Part shown: positions 37,271-52,440 of the stretch, in pieces
Numbering within the stretch: position 1 is the first letter of the stretch
Layout: every line of letters starts with the position of its first letter
Assembly (NCBI GenBank): GCA_044892525.1
Contig: CM097885.1
Location: 47,431,727 to 47,495,726, forward strand
DNA length: 64,000 bases
Direction: 5' to 3'
Origin: Schmidtea polychroa
Lineage: Eukaryota
Position numbers and translations under genes: made by a program
The notes under the pieces: generated by a model
The model's input: only the letters and a program-made list of their open reading frames with translations
Database searches by the model: none
Told to the model about the DNA's origin: nothing

Positions 37271-38599
37271 TTGATCCTCTAAAACAGTGGACAAATTAAA
37301 CTGAAGAAAATAGAATTATGATTATTCAAATAGTTACTCCATTTACTCTAGTTTATATTAGCTAAAATTTATTATCAATCTGCTGAATATTTAGTAAATA
37401 AATTTTAAGCTCACATTCAGTGATTCAGTACGAAAATCAAACTTTTCTTGTTAAAAACTTTAGTCCAAATGCTAGTTTGAAATAAGTGAGTACAATTTTT
37501 TATAATTACGAAATCAATTTTACGCTATGTAACAATTCGAAATCTAATATTTAATATTTAAATCTAATATTAAATATTTATTTAATTTGATTTCTGATTA
37601 TTTTTAAAAAATGATAAATTTTCATTATTTTAATACAGAAATTAATTGATAAATATTTTTGCCGTGATCCCATTTAAGTCCATGTAAATAAAAAGATGTT
37701 TGTTAATTTTCAAAAATAGAAAATAAATTTCCTATATTCTAAGAAATATTTCGGCATTCTAATTTTAAAATTGACTAAAATATTTTCATATAAGTTTTGA
37801 GAAAATTCTTCATTTATTAAATTTTTCATTTGATGTAAGAGTTTGAAATTTATTTTCAGTTCTGAAAACTAATCTAGATGAATAATTAAATAATTCGGTT
37901 TATTAATGCAAAATATGAAATTTGATGACTCAATTTCTACAATATTGTCGTGTCCATTTGCAATAAGCCTATATTCTCAATTTATAAAACATTAATTTCA
38001 CATTACTGGCGGTCGAATTTCTCAGTTAAATGACTTAATAAAATTAATAATAAAAAGGAAAATTAGATTATAGATTAATATCAATGATAATATCGGGCAC
38101 TAGAAAAGAAAATAAATTATCGAAATTTTAATCGATCTTATCTGGAGTTTCAATCATCGGGGAATGGGAATTCTAAATTCCCTTAAAATATTAATAAATC
38201 TGTTTAGACACCGATATTGGGAATTTTGTGGTTTTAAAGTAAGAATACAGAGGTATTAATTAGTCATGTGTTTGTAAAACTTCTCACTAACAAATACATT
38301 TAAAAGTTATTATAATTTGATCACGTTATCTAGTTGGGATAAATGTTTCCATCGATATATATTCCCATGGTCTCCTGGAGATATTCAATTATCATCTATT
38401 TTATCGCTGAAAATTTTTTGCAAACTATTTTCTTAATTTTCATTTTTTGCAATAATGGTAAAATATAATAAATTTTGTTTTTAAATTCCTGTTCGATTTA
38501 TGTACTTTAAAATTATTATATTTCATTCAAATTATGATATTCGGCAATAGTCTTCGGGATTTTTGAAACTATATAATTTTGTCAATATGGAATACTGTT

Positions 38600-41050
38600 A
38601 AAAATAAATGTAAGTATTATTCGGTAGGACAGAGCTTATGATCCAACCTCTAGTGTTCTTGACCTGAATAATAAACTGAACACAATAAGTTTTATTTTTA
38701 CCACAATATCACAACTGTTATGATTTTTGCTGATAAAATTAAAAGATTATGCTTGGTACTAGTGTTAGGTGATCCTAATGGAAACCGCCTCAAGCAGAAT
38801 GAATGAACTTCTTTCTCTAGAGGTAGTTTCTTTAATTTTCGCCTTTCGTTTAATTTTTTTGATTGCTTTACCTCTTCGACTTCAACTCGACTTTTCAACT
38901 CGAAAATGCTCTTCACTCTTTTTAAATGGTGCTTTATTCACAAATTTAATCAGACATTCTTAAAAGTCATTAAAATTACAACAATACTTGTCTCTAAATT
39001 CAATTTGTAAACAACCCGAAAAATTAGAGATATTAAAAAACTTTTTAAATTAAATGTATATAGCTCTTCTTCCTTTAAAACTCTTGCCACTTCTTTAGTC
39101 ATTCAATTATTCTCTGTTTCCGAGTGTTTACCTTATGAAGTTTCACTTGATGTGGATAAATAATTTCCATAATTCTAAATGGTCTTAACACCTCTTTTGA
39201 GTTTCTTTCGTTACCAACACCTTCTCTCCTCACTTCAAATTGTCTGTTACATCTTACTTCATTCAGTGTTTCGCATTCTTATTGCAGCTCTATCCGGATT
39301 GCTTTGCTGTCAATTTTACTTCTTTCCGAGATTCCAAGGCTTGTTTTAATGTCGAATGCAAGTTAATTTTCTTTCCAAAAAACTATCTCAAATGGAAATA
39401 ATCCGGTTGTACTATGTTGGGTTACATTTATCGAAAAATAGGTCATTCTATCAATTTCTTTTCGTCGTATTCTCCATCTAAAGTTGCTGTAATAAAATCT
39501 ATCATTGTTCGTATCACTCTTTCCACTTAATCATTTGATTGGTGTTGATACGGTTAGCTAAGTTCTTGTTCGATTCCCAGACATGATAAATTTTCTTACA
39601 AATATCAACTTTCAAAGTTTTCTTTCTATCTGTAAGAATAATATCCAATACCTCAATATTATTCTGAAAACCGTCTGATTATCTTTCTTTGAAATCGCAA
39701 TGAGGCTGACTAATTTACTGAATCCTTATTGTAATGATTATTGTACTTTCTATGGGTTGCTCACCAGCTGCGGAAAAAACTCCACACAATAAAATGATTT
39801 CTATAATATTTCTGTTTAAACTTCAATTATTTCATTCTGCTTTATGGTCTACAGTCCTTCGTTTCATACATATTTCCTCTTACATCTATATTATTTCTCT
39901 TTCTAATACTTACTTGCTCGATCCTACTTTTGAAAGGAATTTAATGGAGTTCTCTTCATTTTTATATATCTTTCATGGTCTTCATATTCGGCTTCTCTTA
40001 TAGTGGTGTCTTTGTCTTCTTTATTTCCCGCTTATTCATGAACAAAAGCTTCTAGAACTTCTAATTTTTTTGTTTTTATTAAATAATATATCCGCGAAAA
40101 ACATAATCTTTCTTCACACAGTTGAGATATTTATTCTTTAGAGGTCATTCTAATCTTCAATGTCCTCTCTCAACACAACAGAAAAATTGTCCTGGTAATA
40201 TTTTTTTTTTCTTCAGTGGTGATTAACCCTGGCTTCCATTATATAACCTCGTCGCTGTGTTTCATTGAAACTATTAATTGGCTCTTTTAGAAAAGTTTAT
40301 CATCTGGATAATTTCTTCGATCTGCATATTGCTGCTATTTTTTATATACTTTGTAGTTTTCTGATGTTCCTTAACCCTTTCATTCGGGAATTAATTCTGT
40401 GGGTAAATTAATTATCTAGACCATCAAGCCTAGTAAGGGGACTCAAATTATGCAAAAAAATAAAAAAATAATTTAATTATTAAAATGTACTAGAACAAAT
40501 TTCAATTTTCTTAAAAAGTACTTCTCACATTATATTTTCGAAAAGGTACAACAGATATTCAGCACACAAAACTGTGTACAATATATTGTACACTCCGTAT
40601 AAAAGGGTTAAATCATCCTTCTTGGAACTGGTATCTATTATCTTCTCTATAGTCCGTTTGCACGACATTTGCGTAAGTTCTTCCTTTTTATATCTTTCGC
40701 GTCATCCATTTCTCTCTCCATATTCTCGAATGCCTTTGTCAATATTCTTGTTTCTTCTATTTTCATTTCTGTCTTTGTAGTTAATATTTCTTTACTACGA
40801 TCATTCGTTTCAGTTATCAGTTTACGTATCATAATTTCGAATGATGCAAATCTTTCATGTTTTCCTTTTTTAATTTCCTTTTAATTACTTGGACTTTATT
40901 GAAGATAGTATTCTTATCATCGCTGTTTGATATTTCTTTCTTTTGTGTAAGTTTTGTTTCTTTTCACATGGTCTCTGTTCTTTCAAACACCAATAAATCG
41001 AACACAGTTATCAGCTGTTGATTCTCTATTTGTAACCATCTTTCCATATG
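38600..41050 (-). mobile_element. Highly decayed LTR-retrotransposon (gag-like) remnant
   Basis: Broken CCHC-like knuckle near 40140-40185 (FCCVERGH*RLE) and coiled-coil-like fragments. No intact ORF. Confidence 0.35.
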
Positions 41051-43131
41051 ATTTTTCGGTTTCTACGTGACTTTTCCCTTTAAAACACCTTATATTCAAC
41101 AGCTCAAATTTCGTTTTTTAGGAAATGATTTCAATAATTCTTTATGAGTTTGGCTTAACATAACTAAAATAATTGATTTGGCGAGGTTACCAGTTACATC
41201 TAAAGAAGTCGTCATTAAAATTCCAAATATTTATTAATTAAAAATTTTGAAATACCTCCCTCCTAATCCAATTTTTAATAAAAATCGAACTATTGAAACA
41301 AATTCGTCTCAATATATATATTAGAAATATTAAAAATACTTTTAAATTAAAGTATATAACTAAAATAATATAAAATTTTTTTAACTTTACAGGCTTGAGG
41401 AATTTGTTTATTAATTAAATTGATTTGTTTTTGTCAATTAATTAATTATTTTGTATTTTTTAAATATTGCTTCACAGAAACCCTCCAATCAATTTAAGGC
41501 TATGATAATCGTACTCATCTTTTCATTAGCTACCTGCCATATCTCCTCTTCGAAAAATTTTACTTTACAATTTTTTTATACTTTTAATTAATTTTTGTAT
41601 ATCTCCTTGACAGTACTAATATATTGGTTTATTTATTAGTATATAAGGACTACTAAAGTTTATTGTTGTCTTTAATTACCCTTTTTTAATTTGATCGACA
41701 TTCTTTATCGTTAAAATGATTTTTAAAACTAAAAATAGATTAACAGAAATCAATAGAGTTATTGCGCTTTATTTAATATATTCACTCATGTGTTACATAT
41801 TATTAAATAATAACAATTTTGTAGTAAAGTACAAAATTTATGTATTCAAACTAAATTTTTAATTATAAGTAAAATTTATTAAATGACAATCGAATTTAAT
41901 GAAATTTTAATTGAAAAAAAATTGCAAAAAAAGATGAAAAATCATTTTAAAATCCAGTCTAGTTTTAGTTTATTATTGAAATTCTAATTTCATTTAAGAT
42001 GGGATTTTGTTGTTAAATCGTTGATTGAATTGTGATAAATGTTGTTGAAGGAACGTAATCCTAATTTATTGTCGTAGTTACTCGATATTTTAAATATTCT
42101 GTTTAAATAATATATAATATGAGAAATTATTAGTTTCGAAATTTCGAAATCTTGATCTTTTTTTATTTTATTAAAATCCTTATTATGGAATTTATTTTTA
42201 TTTGGCTTTCAAATAATATAACATCGATAATATGAAAGATGCTACTCAATAATATTTCTTTTAATGTACTATTTCCAAAAATGCAACATGAGCAATAAAA
42301 AAGATATATCTGTATAAAGTGAAAGATTCTTACGAAAAAAATGTAAAACAGAATAGCTATCTAATAAAATTTCGTTTATTTGAAGATATATTATGAATCG
42401 TGAAAAAATAGAAAAGAAATAGAGTTTAATGACTTATTTGTTAAAATAACTCATGAAATAATTATATGTAAATTCATTTCATAAAAGATACTGGATGGTC
42501 CAATGAAATCACAATCACAGTTGAATTTTCAACCATTGTCAATTACAAACAAATGCCTATTTTAGGTATATTGGACCACTTATCATAAGGAATGTTGAAC
42601 ATAGGACAGTTAACAATTCATTAAATATGGTCAAATATAATTATTTGAGATAAAAATGTTGGTAAACAAACAAATAACACTTTAATTGTTGCAACATAAA
42701 TTGTCAAGTCAGAAAATTCAATTTTTGGCACGATATACTCCTTTTCTTTGCCAATATCAATTTCTTTTTTTATTACTAACTTTTAATCTAGGTTTAGACT
42801 CGTTTTCTTTGCTATTTTAAGAGTTTTTACTGTATATTAAAAAATCTATTTAGTAATTAACTAGGCTTGCTAAAAAATAAATTAAAACTGTTAATTATCA
42901 ATCCGGAAAAAATGCCATACATTTTATCGCTACGTATGAATGAACGTATTGTGTATTTTACAAAGGAAAAGAAATAATTGCATTGTCATTATGATACCTT
43001 TTACTTTTATTTAACTTTAAATATTTCTTTTATTATTAAAACTAATGAATCATTAGTAATGATCGATTTTCAAATAATATTATTAATTTTATTATTATAT
43101 GTTAATTTCTAATTGAAATAATAATTTTTAG

Positions 43132-43575
43132 AATCTAGTTAGCAATGATCCAAGCATTGAAGAAATGAAGTCGATTATTTGTGACAGAAAAATTCGTCCT
43201 CCAATTAATTCTAGCTGGGAGAATTTAAATCCACTGAAAGATATTTCAAAATCTGTTCGTGAATCTTGGTTTGAAGAACCAGCCTCGAGATTGAATATAA
43301 TGCGTCTTAAAAAAATAATGAATAACGCCTGGAATGAAATCAGCACACTGAAAAATCAAATTAGCGATTTAACATCTTGTGGTGATTTTGTATCAAATGA
43401 CAGTGCGATAAATGATATTAGTTACCATTGCAAATCTCCATTCAGTAATGCAACAATCTCCACTGAATTTCCTTCAAGCTTGACTAGTAACGATATTATT
43501 CCAAATATCGTTATCAAATCTAAAGACGTTTTTTCTAATGATTCATATTGTCTGGGAGTGATGAATCAACTGTAA
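43132..43575 (+). CDS. TGF-beta type I receptor final coding exon
   Basis: TAG acceptor at 43131, then NLVSNDPSIEEMKSIICDRKIRP.I...W...RESWFEEPASRL..MRLKK, a tail and TAA. Confidence 0.93.
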   Translation, partial: NLVSNDPSIEEMKSIICDRKIRPPINSSWENLNPLKDISKSVRESWFEEPASRLNIMRLKKIMNNAWNEISTLKNQISDLTSCGDFVSNDSAINDISYHCKSPFSNATISTEFPSSLTSNDIIPNIVIKSKDVFSNDSYCLGVMNQL

Positions 43576-46500
43576 TCCTGATGCATACATAATTGTATAA
43601 AAATTTATTTGAAATGGTGTACCATTATTTTCTATCATTTGTATAGTCGTCTATAATATTATATTAAATTATATATATATATATATATATATATAATTAT
43701 TATTATTATTATTATTAAATTTTCTGCTTGCAGGGAGAAATTAAAAGTGCATCAGTTTCCTGTTTTACCTCATAACACAAACACATTAGATTTTGGTTAA
43801 ATAATAAATGATGAATTTCTTGTGTATGATTTAGTTTTGAGCCTCTGTTAGTTTTATTATAGTATTCATACAGTAATCCATCAACCACAACTGAATTTGG
43901 GGTTTTAATTTAATACATTTTCTATTGACTTGATTTGTTTCTTGAACCAAATATTTCAATGTGGTATCCTCTACTTTATTGTATTTGAAATTGTAATAGA
44001 ATTGTTTATTATGTTTTAGTTTTTAATTAGCAAAACTGTTTTTTTTAACAAATTCTGTCAATTGGTTACAATTTTAATAATGTAAGAAATTTTATTTTTG
44101 ATTTAATTATTAATATAAAGAGGTCAGATTATGAATTTGGATTTTATTGTTCTTGGAAGTATATATGGAATTTTTAATCGAGTTACCTAATTTACTGTTA
44201 TTCATTTTCAATAAAGTTTTTGATATTGTTTTATCGCTTAAATAAATAAATAATTAATTATTTTTTATTGAGAATGCGAGTTTATATTAGTAGGTAGTTA
44301 GTGGTCTTGTACACGATAATTAATATGGATTACATAATATTTTAATAGTTAGAGAGGTATTTGTATCTCAAGTCTATTGTATTAGGTATTTTTAAACAAG
44401 ATTTTGATCTTACTAATAAACATGGATTTTTTAGGCACGCAAAACAATGGTATTTTGCCTCAATATTTCCTATCAGTAAAAAGGAAACTGAGGCATATTT
44501 GGTCATAAAATGTTTGAATAACTAAATTATGCTTATATTAATTTTAAAGTAAATTAAGGTAATATAATTTTAAAGAATAATATATTTTGAAGAAACGCTA
44601 TCGACGGAGAAATAGGGTAATATAAATTATAGAATTTAAATAGATAATAAAGCATGGAAGAATTTAGAATAAAGGTAGGTCAGCTTTGTACAATAAGCTA
44701 AGAATAGAAATTTAATGGTGTAATACTTTAAAATATTTAATAAAGTAAATGAGAGTAAGGTAAATGACACAATGTATAATTTTTATGAAATAACCTCTGG
44801 TATGCCAGAGTTGGTAAGAAATAATATAATAATTTTTTAAAATGTTATTGTAAAATTTTAAGTAAATTAATGCAATGTAATTTTTATGGAAATTTTATAA
44901 ATTTTTGAAAACAGTAGTAAATAGATGATCAATAAAAAATTAATAATAATAAATAGTCGAACCAGGTACTGATAACCAATCAACCAACTTTATAAATTAA
45001 GTAACCAACTCTAATCACAAAATCCTATGTGGGAACATAAGATCAATATTTAAAATATATTCATAAGAATATCCAGCAGGTTTGAACAATGTTGATGCTT
45101 CGATAAATTCATAAGAAAATGCAGTAGGTTTGTGCAGTACTGATGCTTCAATTTTTATTTGATGATTGAATTCAGAATTTCCTCTAGCAATACATTTATG
45201 AAATCCAGGATACGACGAAGTTAATTTATCGTAAACAATTCTTTTTCATTGGAGATCAATGATTGATTATTGATCTAATTATATTTGGTATGGTTCCAAT
45301 CAGGTGTGATCTGACGTTCGTTTTAGTATTTATAATACGATTTCATATTTTCGTTAGTAGAACTTCGAATGTTTATGGCACATGAGTATGTCAAGAATCA
45401 AAAAATTTGTGTTGATACCATAATGAATCTAATATAGAAGCGAGACAGTCGCATGTGTGACGAGCTGACCTTTCGAATATTGTAATATTGGGTTTTTGAA
45501 ATGATCTATTTTCGGAGGAAACAGACTTTCGTCAAATTGATAAAATTCCATGGTTTTGCATACATTTTGAAATAATGGGTAACGATGTCCGAAAGAAAAA
45601 TGAATATTTAAAAAAACGTGATTTAATTTACTTAGTTTAATAATGCATTTGTAATTTAATTATTAACTTAATATATTAATTCATTAGAATGTCGGATGCA
45701 ATACATCATATATCAAATAACTGAGTAACCAATTAAAAATGAAATGAAAATAATACAAAATTTATTTCTTCAGTGTAATTTATCAAATTATTGGGTTATT
45801 GTTGGTTAGTCGGTATTATAATTCGACTCCTCGTGACCCCTTTTATAAATCAATGAAGAAAAGTCAACACAATAAATCTATTTGATTTGATAACAATAGA
45901 TAATCACACAATTTGTTCAGCGTATCTGTACTTTTCTTTTAACGATAAAGCAAATAACCCTACGGCAATCGCCTCTTCTGGTACGTTTTTGATTTATTTC
46001 AGTTAAGGATTTTTACACAATCAGTGTACACGTGCCAGATATTCCTTACCCTTCTTAAGCTCCTACAAAGATTTAAGTTTCGCTCAAAAATTAGCAGAAA
46101 GGCAAATTCTGCAATGATTTATACGACAAGTAAATTGTAATTATGCACAAAAATGACATATTTCGAGCGTACTATGTTCTGGTTTTGTTGAATAAATTTA
46201 GAATAAATTTTGATATTTTGACAAGAAAACCAAGAAAGTAGTATATAATGAGGACTCAGACTCACTTTCAAGTTCAATTTCATGAAATGTCAAGATCAAA
46301 TATAGACAAATTGAATCATTTTTTTAAATTTAAATTTTATTTAATTACTTCTATTTAATTTATTACATTTTATTATATTTTTATTATTATTTGATTTTGA
46401 TTAATACTTTTAGTAATATTTAATTTATTACATTTATTAATTGATTATTTTACTATATATTAATTATTATTTTAATTTAATTACTTCTATTTAGTTAGTT

Positions 46501-47399
46501 TATTATAATTTTATTAATTAATTATTTTAATTACTTATGTTATTTAATTATTTTTTTCTTCTGTTTAAATCTTAATAAATTTTAATTATAATTAATAATA
46601 TTATATTTATTATTATTATTTTTTTTACTTTTATAATTTTATTTTTATTTAATTAATTTTTCTTTATTATTATCATTTTTACATTTATATTTAATATATT
46701 CTAACAACTCAAGAAGGTAAATGAAATGAAATAAATTTATAGGAGTATGTAAAATGGGATTTCTCAAATTGGAAACTTGCTTATCTTGGGATTCCATAAT
46801 GTAATATATTTAATTTATTATGGCATCACTTTTCTCTCAAATTGATAAATTCAGTTTTATAATTAAAAATTTAATGCATTAAATCTTAGGAATAAAGGCA
46901 AATTGAATAAAATAATATTTTCTATACTTTTTAGATAATTAGATAAAAATTTGATATTCCAGTCTAACAATGTAAATATTGTGAAATAATTATGACTTGG
47001 CCACATTAACTATAGAGATAGATATTAAATTAATGAACATGTCAAACATTAATTTTTTTACAAACTTTGATTTAATATTAATAATAAATTTATGATATTG
47101 AAAATCCTGGAATTTCATTTTCAACGAAATTTAATGAGATTCAATTGAATTAATATTTTTTACTAAAATAATAAATATTTATATGAAAAAGTTGGTAAAA
47201 ATGTAAAGTTATTTGATTTGTTAAAATTTTGAAAATTTATTTTTACTAATAACAGATTTAACAAAAATGTTCAATTAAGAAATCACCGTTAGAAATGAAA
47301 AAAATAAGTTGAATTAAAATAATTTTAATTTGTTTTAATGAATCAATGCGCATTTACCAAATCGGACTCACAAAATAGGATACGCATTTTCACAGAAAT

Positions 47400-48040
47400 T
47401 TAATGTTTCTAGTCATAATATGCCTTTGCAGACTTAACCTACACCAAACCTTTATTGAATGAAAGTGATTATCTTTAATTTTTCTTTTTAAAGTAATATG
47501 TAATGTCTTAAACGTTTGATTAAATTCATTAATTTCTATAACTTTTTATGTGTTGATACCGGGCTCATACTGATAAACGTCTTCATAATCATCAAGCAGG
47601 TCTTCATATTCACTTAATAGTTCAGGTTCAGTTTCACGTTTATCAACAAGTTCGTGTTGTTTATACAAATAATCACAAACGCCTCGGTGTATACTGTGGT
47701 TTAAACATTTCAGCTGGACAAGTTCTCCCGTACTTAAACATCATTGGAGCACCATCATGAGTAGTGCATATAATATCACTTTCAAAATTTATTTTAAATT
47801 GAACCAAATGATTTTATACTTTATCCACCATGCATTACAAGATCCTGAAATTGGAACAAGCCCAAGATTTACGCATACGTTGTTTTCACCATGGAGATTT
47901 ATGTTCAGGTATCTACGTCTTCTTAAGCTTGCCCATTCATCACTAGTGATACTGTATTTATTGCCAAGTATTTTATGTTGTTCAATAACTTTAATCACCT
48001 CGGTTTTCTTTATTTCAAAATTATGATGTATTAATTTCAT
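47400..48040 (-). mobile_element. hAT transposase fragment
   Basis: SITSDEWASLRRRRYLNINLH...NLGL..ISGS (first catalytic Asp region), followed by DGA and NHSIH motifs in shifted frames. Confidence 0.65.
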
Positions 48041-49272
48041 AACACTAGTTTCGCAGGTTAACCGTCATTTTTTTCGCCGATATCGGATACGGATAAAACA
48101 TTATATAACCGCGCATACCAGACACGATATATCCGTTTTGGAAACCTTACTAGATATTCAATCAAATAAATTATTATTATGCGTTAACTATATAATTATT
48201 TTGTTCATTAAGTATATAAATAAACGGAAAGAAAATTATTCAAAACTTGGAATGGCTCAAGGTTTTTGTTGCGTACAGGTAATTCACATTTTATCTTTTC
48301 ATGCTGTTTCCAGCGTAACCCAGAATACATGATTGCTTTGCCATTCGATACCCACTGAGTAATCGACGTTGGAACTGTATCGAATGGGTGAATGCTCGTG
48401 AAAAGTGAGCATACTTTTTTACACTATGAGCGGGTTCGTGGACTTCCGATAGAAGGCCTGTGTCCGACTTAACTTAGATCCACTTTTCTGTGCTTCAATG
48501 ACACAAACCTCTATCGATTAGGTATGTCTTATGCTCATACTAACATGAGAACTAATATTAGCCCCAATGGAAATTTTGACACATACAATCAAATTGAAAA
48601 TTATAATGACACAATACGCAATTTTATTCTTGCATCCAAAAAGTTTTAGCTTAACTGTCAGGAATGTGAGTCTGAGAATGATTTGAGCGCTTTGAGATTC
48701 GGGGTTCCTTGCTGGCGAGATGGCGGTTGCAATAGAGATAGCCTAACTCAGTGCTTCTCAAACTTTCTGATGTGGCGTACCGGCAGATGTTTTTTTTATT
48801 CGACAGGGACCGACTAGCCAATCTAGCTATCGCAAGAGGGAAATGGGAAAAAAAGCGACGACTAATCATGATGACATGAAGTCTTATTCAATTTAAGATC
48901 ACTAATCATTGTCATGCAAGTCTTCCCATTGTGCCAGTAATCGGTAGCTTATTTGTGCCATTTAATTAATTGTTTATGACCCAAGAAAATATTAATTGAA
49001 CATTCGTAATAGTATTCATTTATACTGGAAACATATAATGAATGTATAATAAAAAACAAATCGACATATTCCTTTTTATTTTATTTTGATTTTGTAAACT
49101 TGTAATTCAATTTAAGATATGAATGAAAAAAAATTAAACAAATCAAAACTAGCAAAACTATATGACACAAATTGAAGACATAATGTTACAAATCTATCTT
49201 AATCTAAAATATGAAAATGATGATTCTATTAACACAATTCGAATAATAGAAATATCAAAACCTTAACCTTTA

Positions 49273-51178
49273 TTAATGTGAAGGGTGAGCCTGCTTCTTA
49301 TTTGTAAGCTTACTCAATCGTGGTTGAATTGAGGAGAGTGCCACTCGAATTGGGGAATGAATATCCAAACAATTCCTGTATTTGGTCTTAATGACACTCA
49401 TTGTTGAGAAGCCAGTTTCGCAGAGGTAAGTTGTAGGAAAAACGAGAAGAGTTTTCAGAGCAATTCCACTAAGATTAGAATATTATGTTTTCACTTTTAT
49501 CCAAAACGAAGCGAGTGATGTCGAAGTTTCGAAAATTCTTTTCAGTCCTTCGTCAGCAGCTAGATCCAACAGCTTCTCCTCCATAAGAACACTTCCGACA
49601 AAGTAATCTGTCAGTGGAATAAATGGATTTCTGATCCAACCATTCCCTATACGTGGATCTTCTTCAGCTGGAAAGTAATGCTGAAAACGATCTGCCAAAT
49701 TAATCAAGTGTTCTTTTATGACTTTTCGTAACGATACAATATTAAGTTCTTCGCCTGCATCGTCGATGACTGTTGCCAATAAGTGGAACATATCATAACA
49801 GTCTTTTGAGACTCGACTTTTCCATGCTTCTAGCTTCCGTTTTTGTCCGTCGATCTTGTCCGCCGTTTTAAAACACGATGCCATATTCCCTTGCATGGAG
49901 ATGTTAAGAACATTAAAAATGGCAAATATATCAGCTAGATAAGCCAGCTTGGCTAGCCAATTCACATCTCGGAACAATTGTGACCAATTTGGTTTTTTGT
50001 CCTCAAGAAACACCGCAAGTTCATTTCTTAGCTCAAATACTCTTGACAGAACTTTTCCCCTTGATAACCAACGTACATCGGCATGCAATAGGAGTTGTTT
50101 ATGATCAGCTCCCATATCATCACACAATGCAGTGAATAGTCTCGAATTTAAAGCATTTGCTTTTACATGGTTAACAATTTTTACAGCCTCACTGAGTACA
50201 CTATTTAGTTCCGGAGACATTTTTTTTGTTGCAAGACTTTCTCGGTGAAGGAAGCAGTGTGTTGATTTACACTCTGGGGCAAATGACTTTATTTGGGTAA
50301 CCACTCTTGAATGCTTTCCTATCATTGCGGCGGCACCATACACCTACACAAAATTTGAAATCTAATGCAGATTTGTTAACGATATAGTCACTCACAGTCT
50401 TGAACACTTCAGAACTAGTTGTATTTTTTGGTAGTGAAACAGAGAAAAAATACTCTTCTTTCAGTTCACCTTCATGTTCATAGCGCACATACACCATCAG
50501 AACTGCCTGGTTAGCAACGTCTGTACATTCATCAAGTTGCAAAGAAAAGTATTTTGCTAATTTAATCTGTTCTATGAGCTGATCTTCCATATCGTGTGCT
50601 AGCTCGTTAATTCGTCGAGCTATAGTATCATTTGATAGTGGAACCTTAGCCACTTTCTGTGCCGAGGGCTCACCCAGCATTTCAATGCAAACATCTTTAA
50701 TACAGCCTTGCACTAGCGTTTCACAGATTGTGTATGGCTTTTTAGCTTTAGCAACTCGAAGTGCTACTTTATAAGAAGCCCGCAAAGCACAAGTATTTGT
50801 GCGCGACACTTTAAAGATCTGTTTCTGACGGCTTTTTAAATCAACATGTTTTCTTGCAAAAAACTCTTTTGACTTTGAACTCATTTCTTTATGTTTTGTA
50901 TTTAAATGTCTTTTGAGGTGTGACGGCTTCATTGAGTGGTTAGCCAACACATCTCCACAAATAACACACAGCAGTTTTGGCACTTCCCCATCATTTGTTG
51001 CCACGAAACCAAATTGAATGTAAGAGGAGTCATATTTTCGAGTGAAGACAGTACGAATTCTTTTTTTTCTTTATTCTTCAGTTTCAATTACACCGTCATC
51101 TGCTTCTGAATTACTTGTGTCTTCCGCAACTAGTTGTCTTGATTTGATAAACTTGTCCATTGGGCCTCGCTTTGACAT
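49273..51178 (-). pseudogene. Buster/ZBED5-like hAT transposase pseudogene
   Basis: BED finger CVICGDVL...KPSHLKRHL.TKH, FSLQLDECTD, HCFLHRE.LA, VRWLSRGKVL.R, TYLCETGFS. Disrupted by a stop at ~51072, a frameshifting deletion in CTDGA at ~50340 and a stop at 49483. Confidence 0.92.
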
Positions 51179-52384
51179 CTATAAATTTGGGATAGAAATA
51201 ATAAATATAAGTTCTATAACCCGGGTAAATGCTTAATTTATGATATTAAGTTGAAAACCGAATAACTGCAGTGCGAATGCTTTATTTATAAACACTTATT
51301 CAAATTTATATGAAGGAATACAATTGACATTAATATATAATCATTATATCTTGTGAGGATATTAAAACACTAAATTTATAGAAAACATAAAAATTTGCTA
51401 AAAGTTCGAAAAAACTATTCCTTTGCCCAGATTTAATGTAACGATCATTTTATAAAATAGCTTGGAATGATTTTAATCATTCAAGCCAACTGTTTCAATT
51501 TGCCTTGTTTTGTGAAAACATGAATGGAACAAAGTGGAAGAGAAATCATGACTGATTAGACTAATTGGTACTAAAATATTATTAATAATTACACTAATAA
51601 GGTAAATTATGTTAGAAAAACGAGATTATTTAAACATTAAATTACATTATAAGCAGGATTAAAATTGGAATGTGGACGCCGGCTCACACTAATTCATTTT
51701 TTACTTCAGTTCATAGCATCGCCTTAAGACAATGAAAACTGAACAAATTAAATCTCTGTTTGCCCGCTGCTCAACGTAAAAGTTGATTACATTAGGGGAA
51801 AAATGTTTTATCTCGACCACAGAGCTTTCCGGTTTTTAGAGATTTTTATACCCAGGGATAGGATGTGCTGCCATTGAAAAGATTATTAGTAAAGACATTT
51901 TTAGATCAGATGGTCGGGACATGGTTCCAAATGACAATCACGTTGATATCCTTGGGAACATGACTGTTTCACTTCTTGCTGATGACTTACATTCCATGTT
52001 ACATCTTGCTGCTCCACACGTGTGGATCAGGTTGTCAGATGTGTGACATAGAGTAAAATATCAGTCAAATCTTTTAATAAAGTGCATACAATAACTGTTT
52101 CCAATTAAATTACTACCATGCTGTATTCTTATTAGATAAATAAACAAAAAATATCAGTCACATGACCCACCTCACTTCTCATAGGTCGCAATCTTTTATA
52201 AATTTGCTGCCTTTTAATCTTTAGCTGTGGGTTGAAAAACGTGTGGATTATTCACCGCTGAAAATGATCTGGTTTAAAGAATGAAAGTATCACAGGTTAA
52301 CATTACATTAGCAATATTCCTAACTTCAACAAAATGGTTTCACAATTTGGCTCGCAACCTAGGTTACAAATTTGGTTAAATTGT

Positions 52385-52440
<56 letters not shown>

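Noticed and set aside
44280..45600. Possible decayed LINE reverse transcriptase/endonuclease traces
   Set aside because: Only vague motif remnants, and no frame could be reconstructed.
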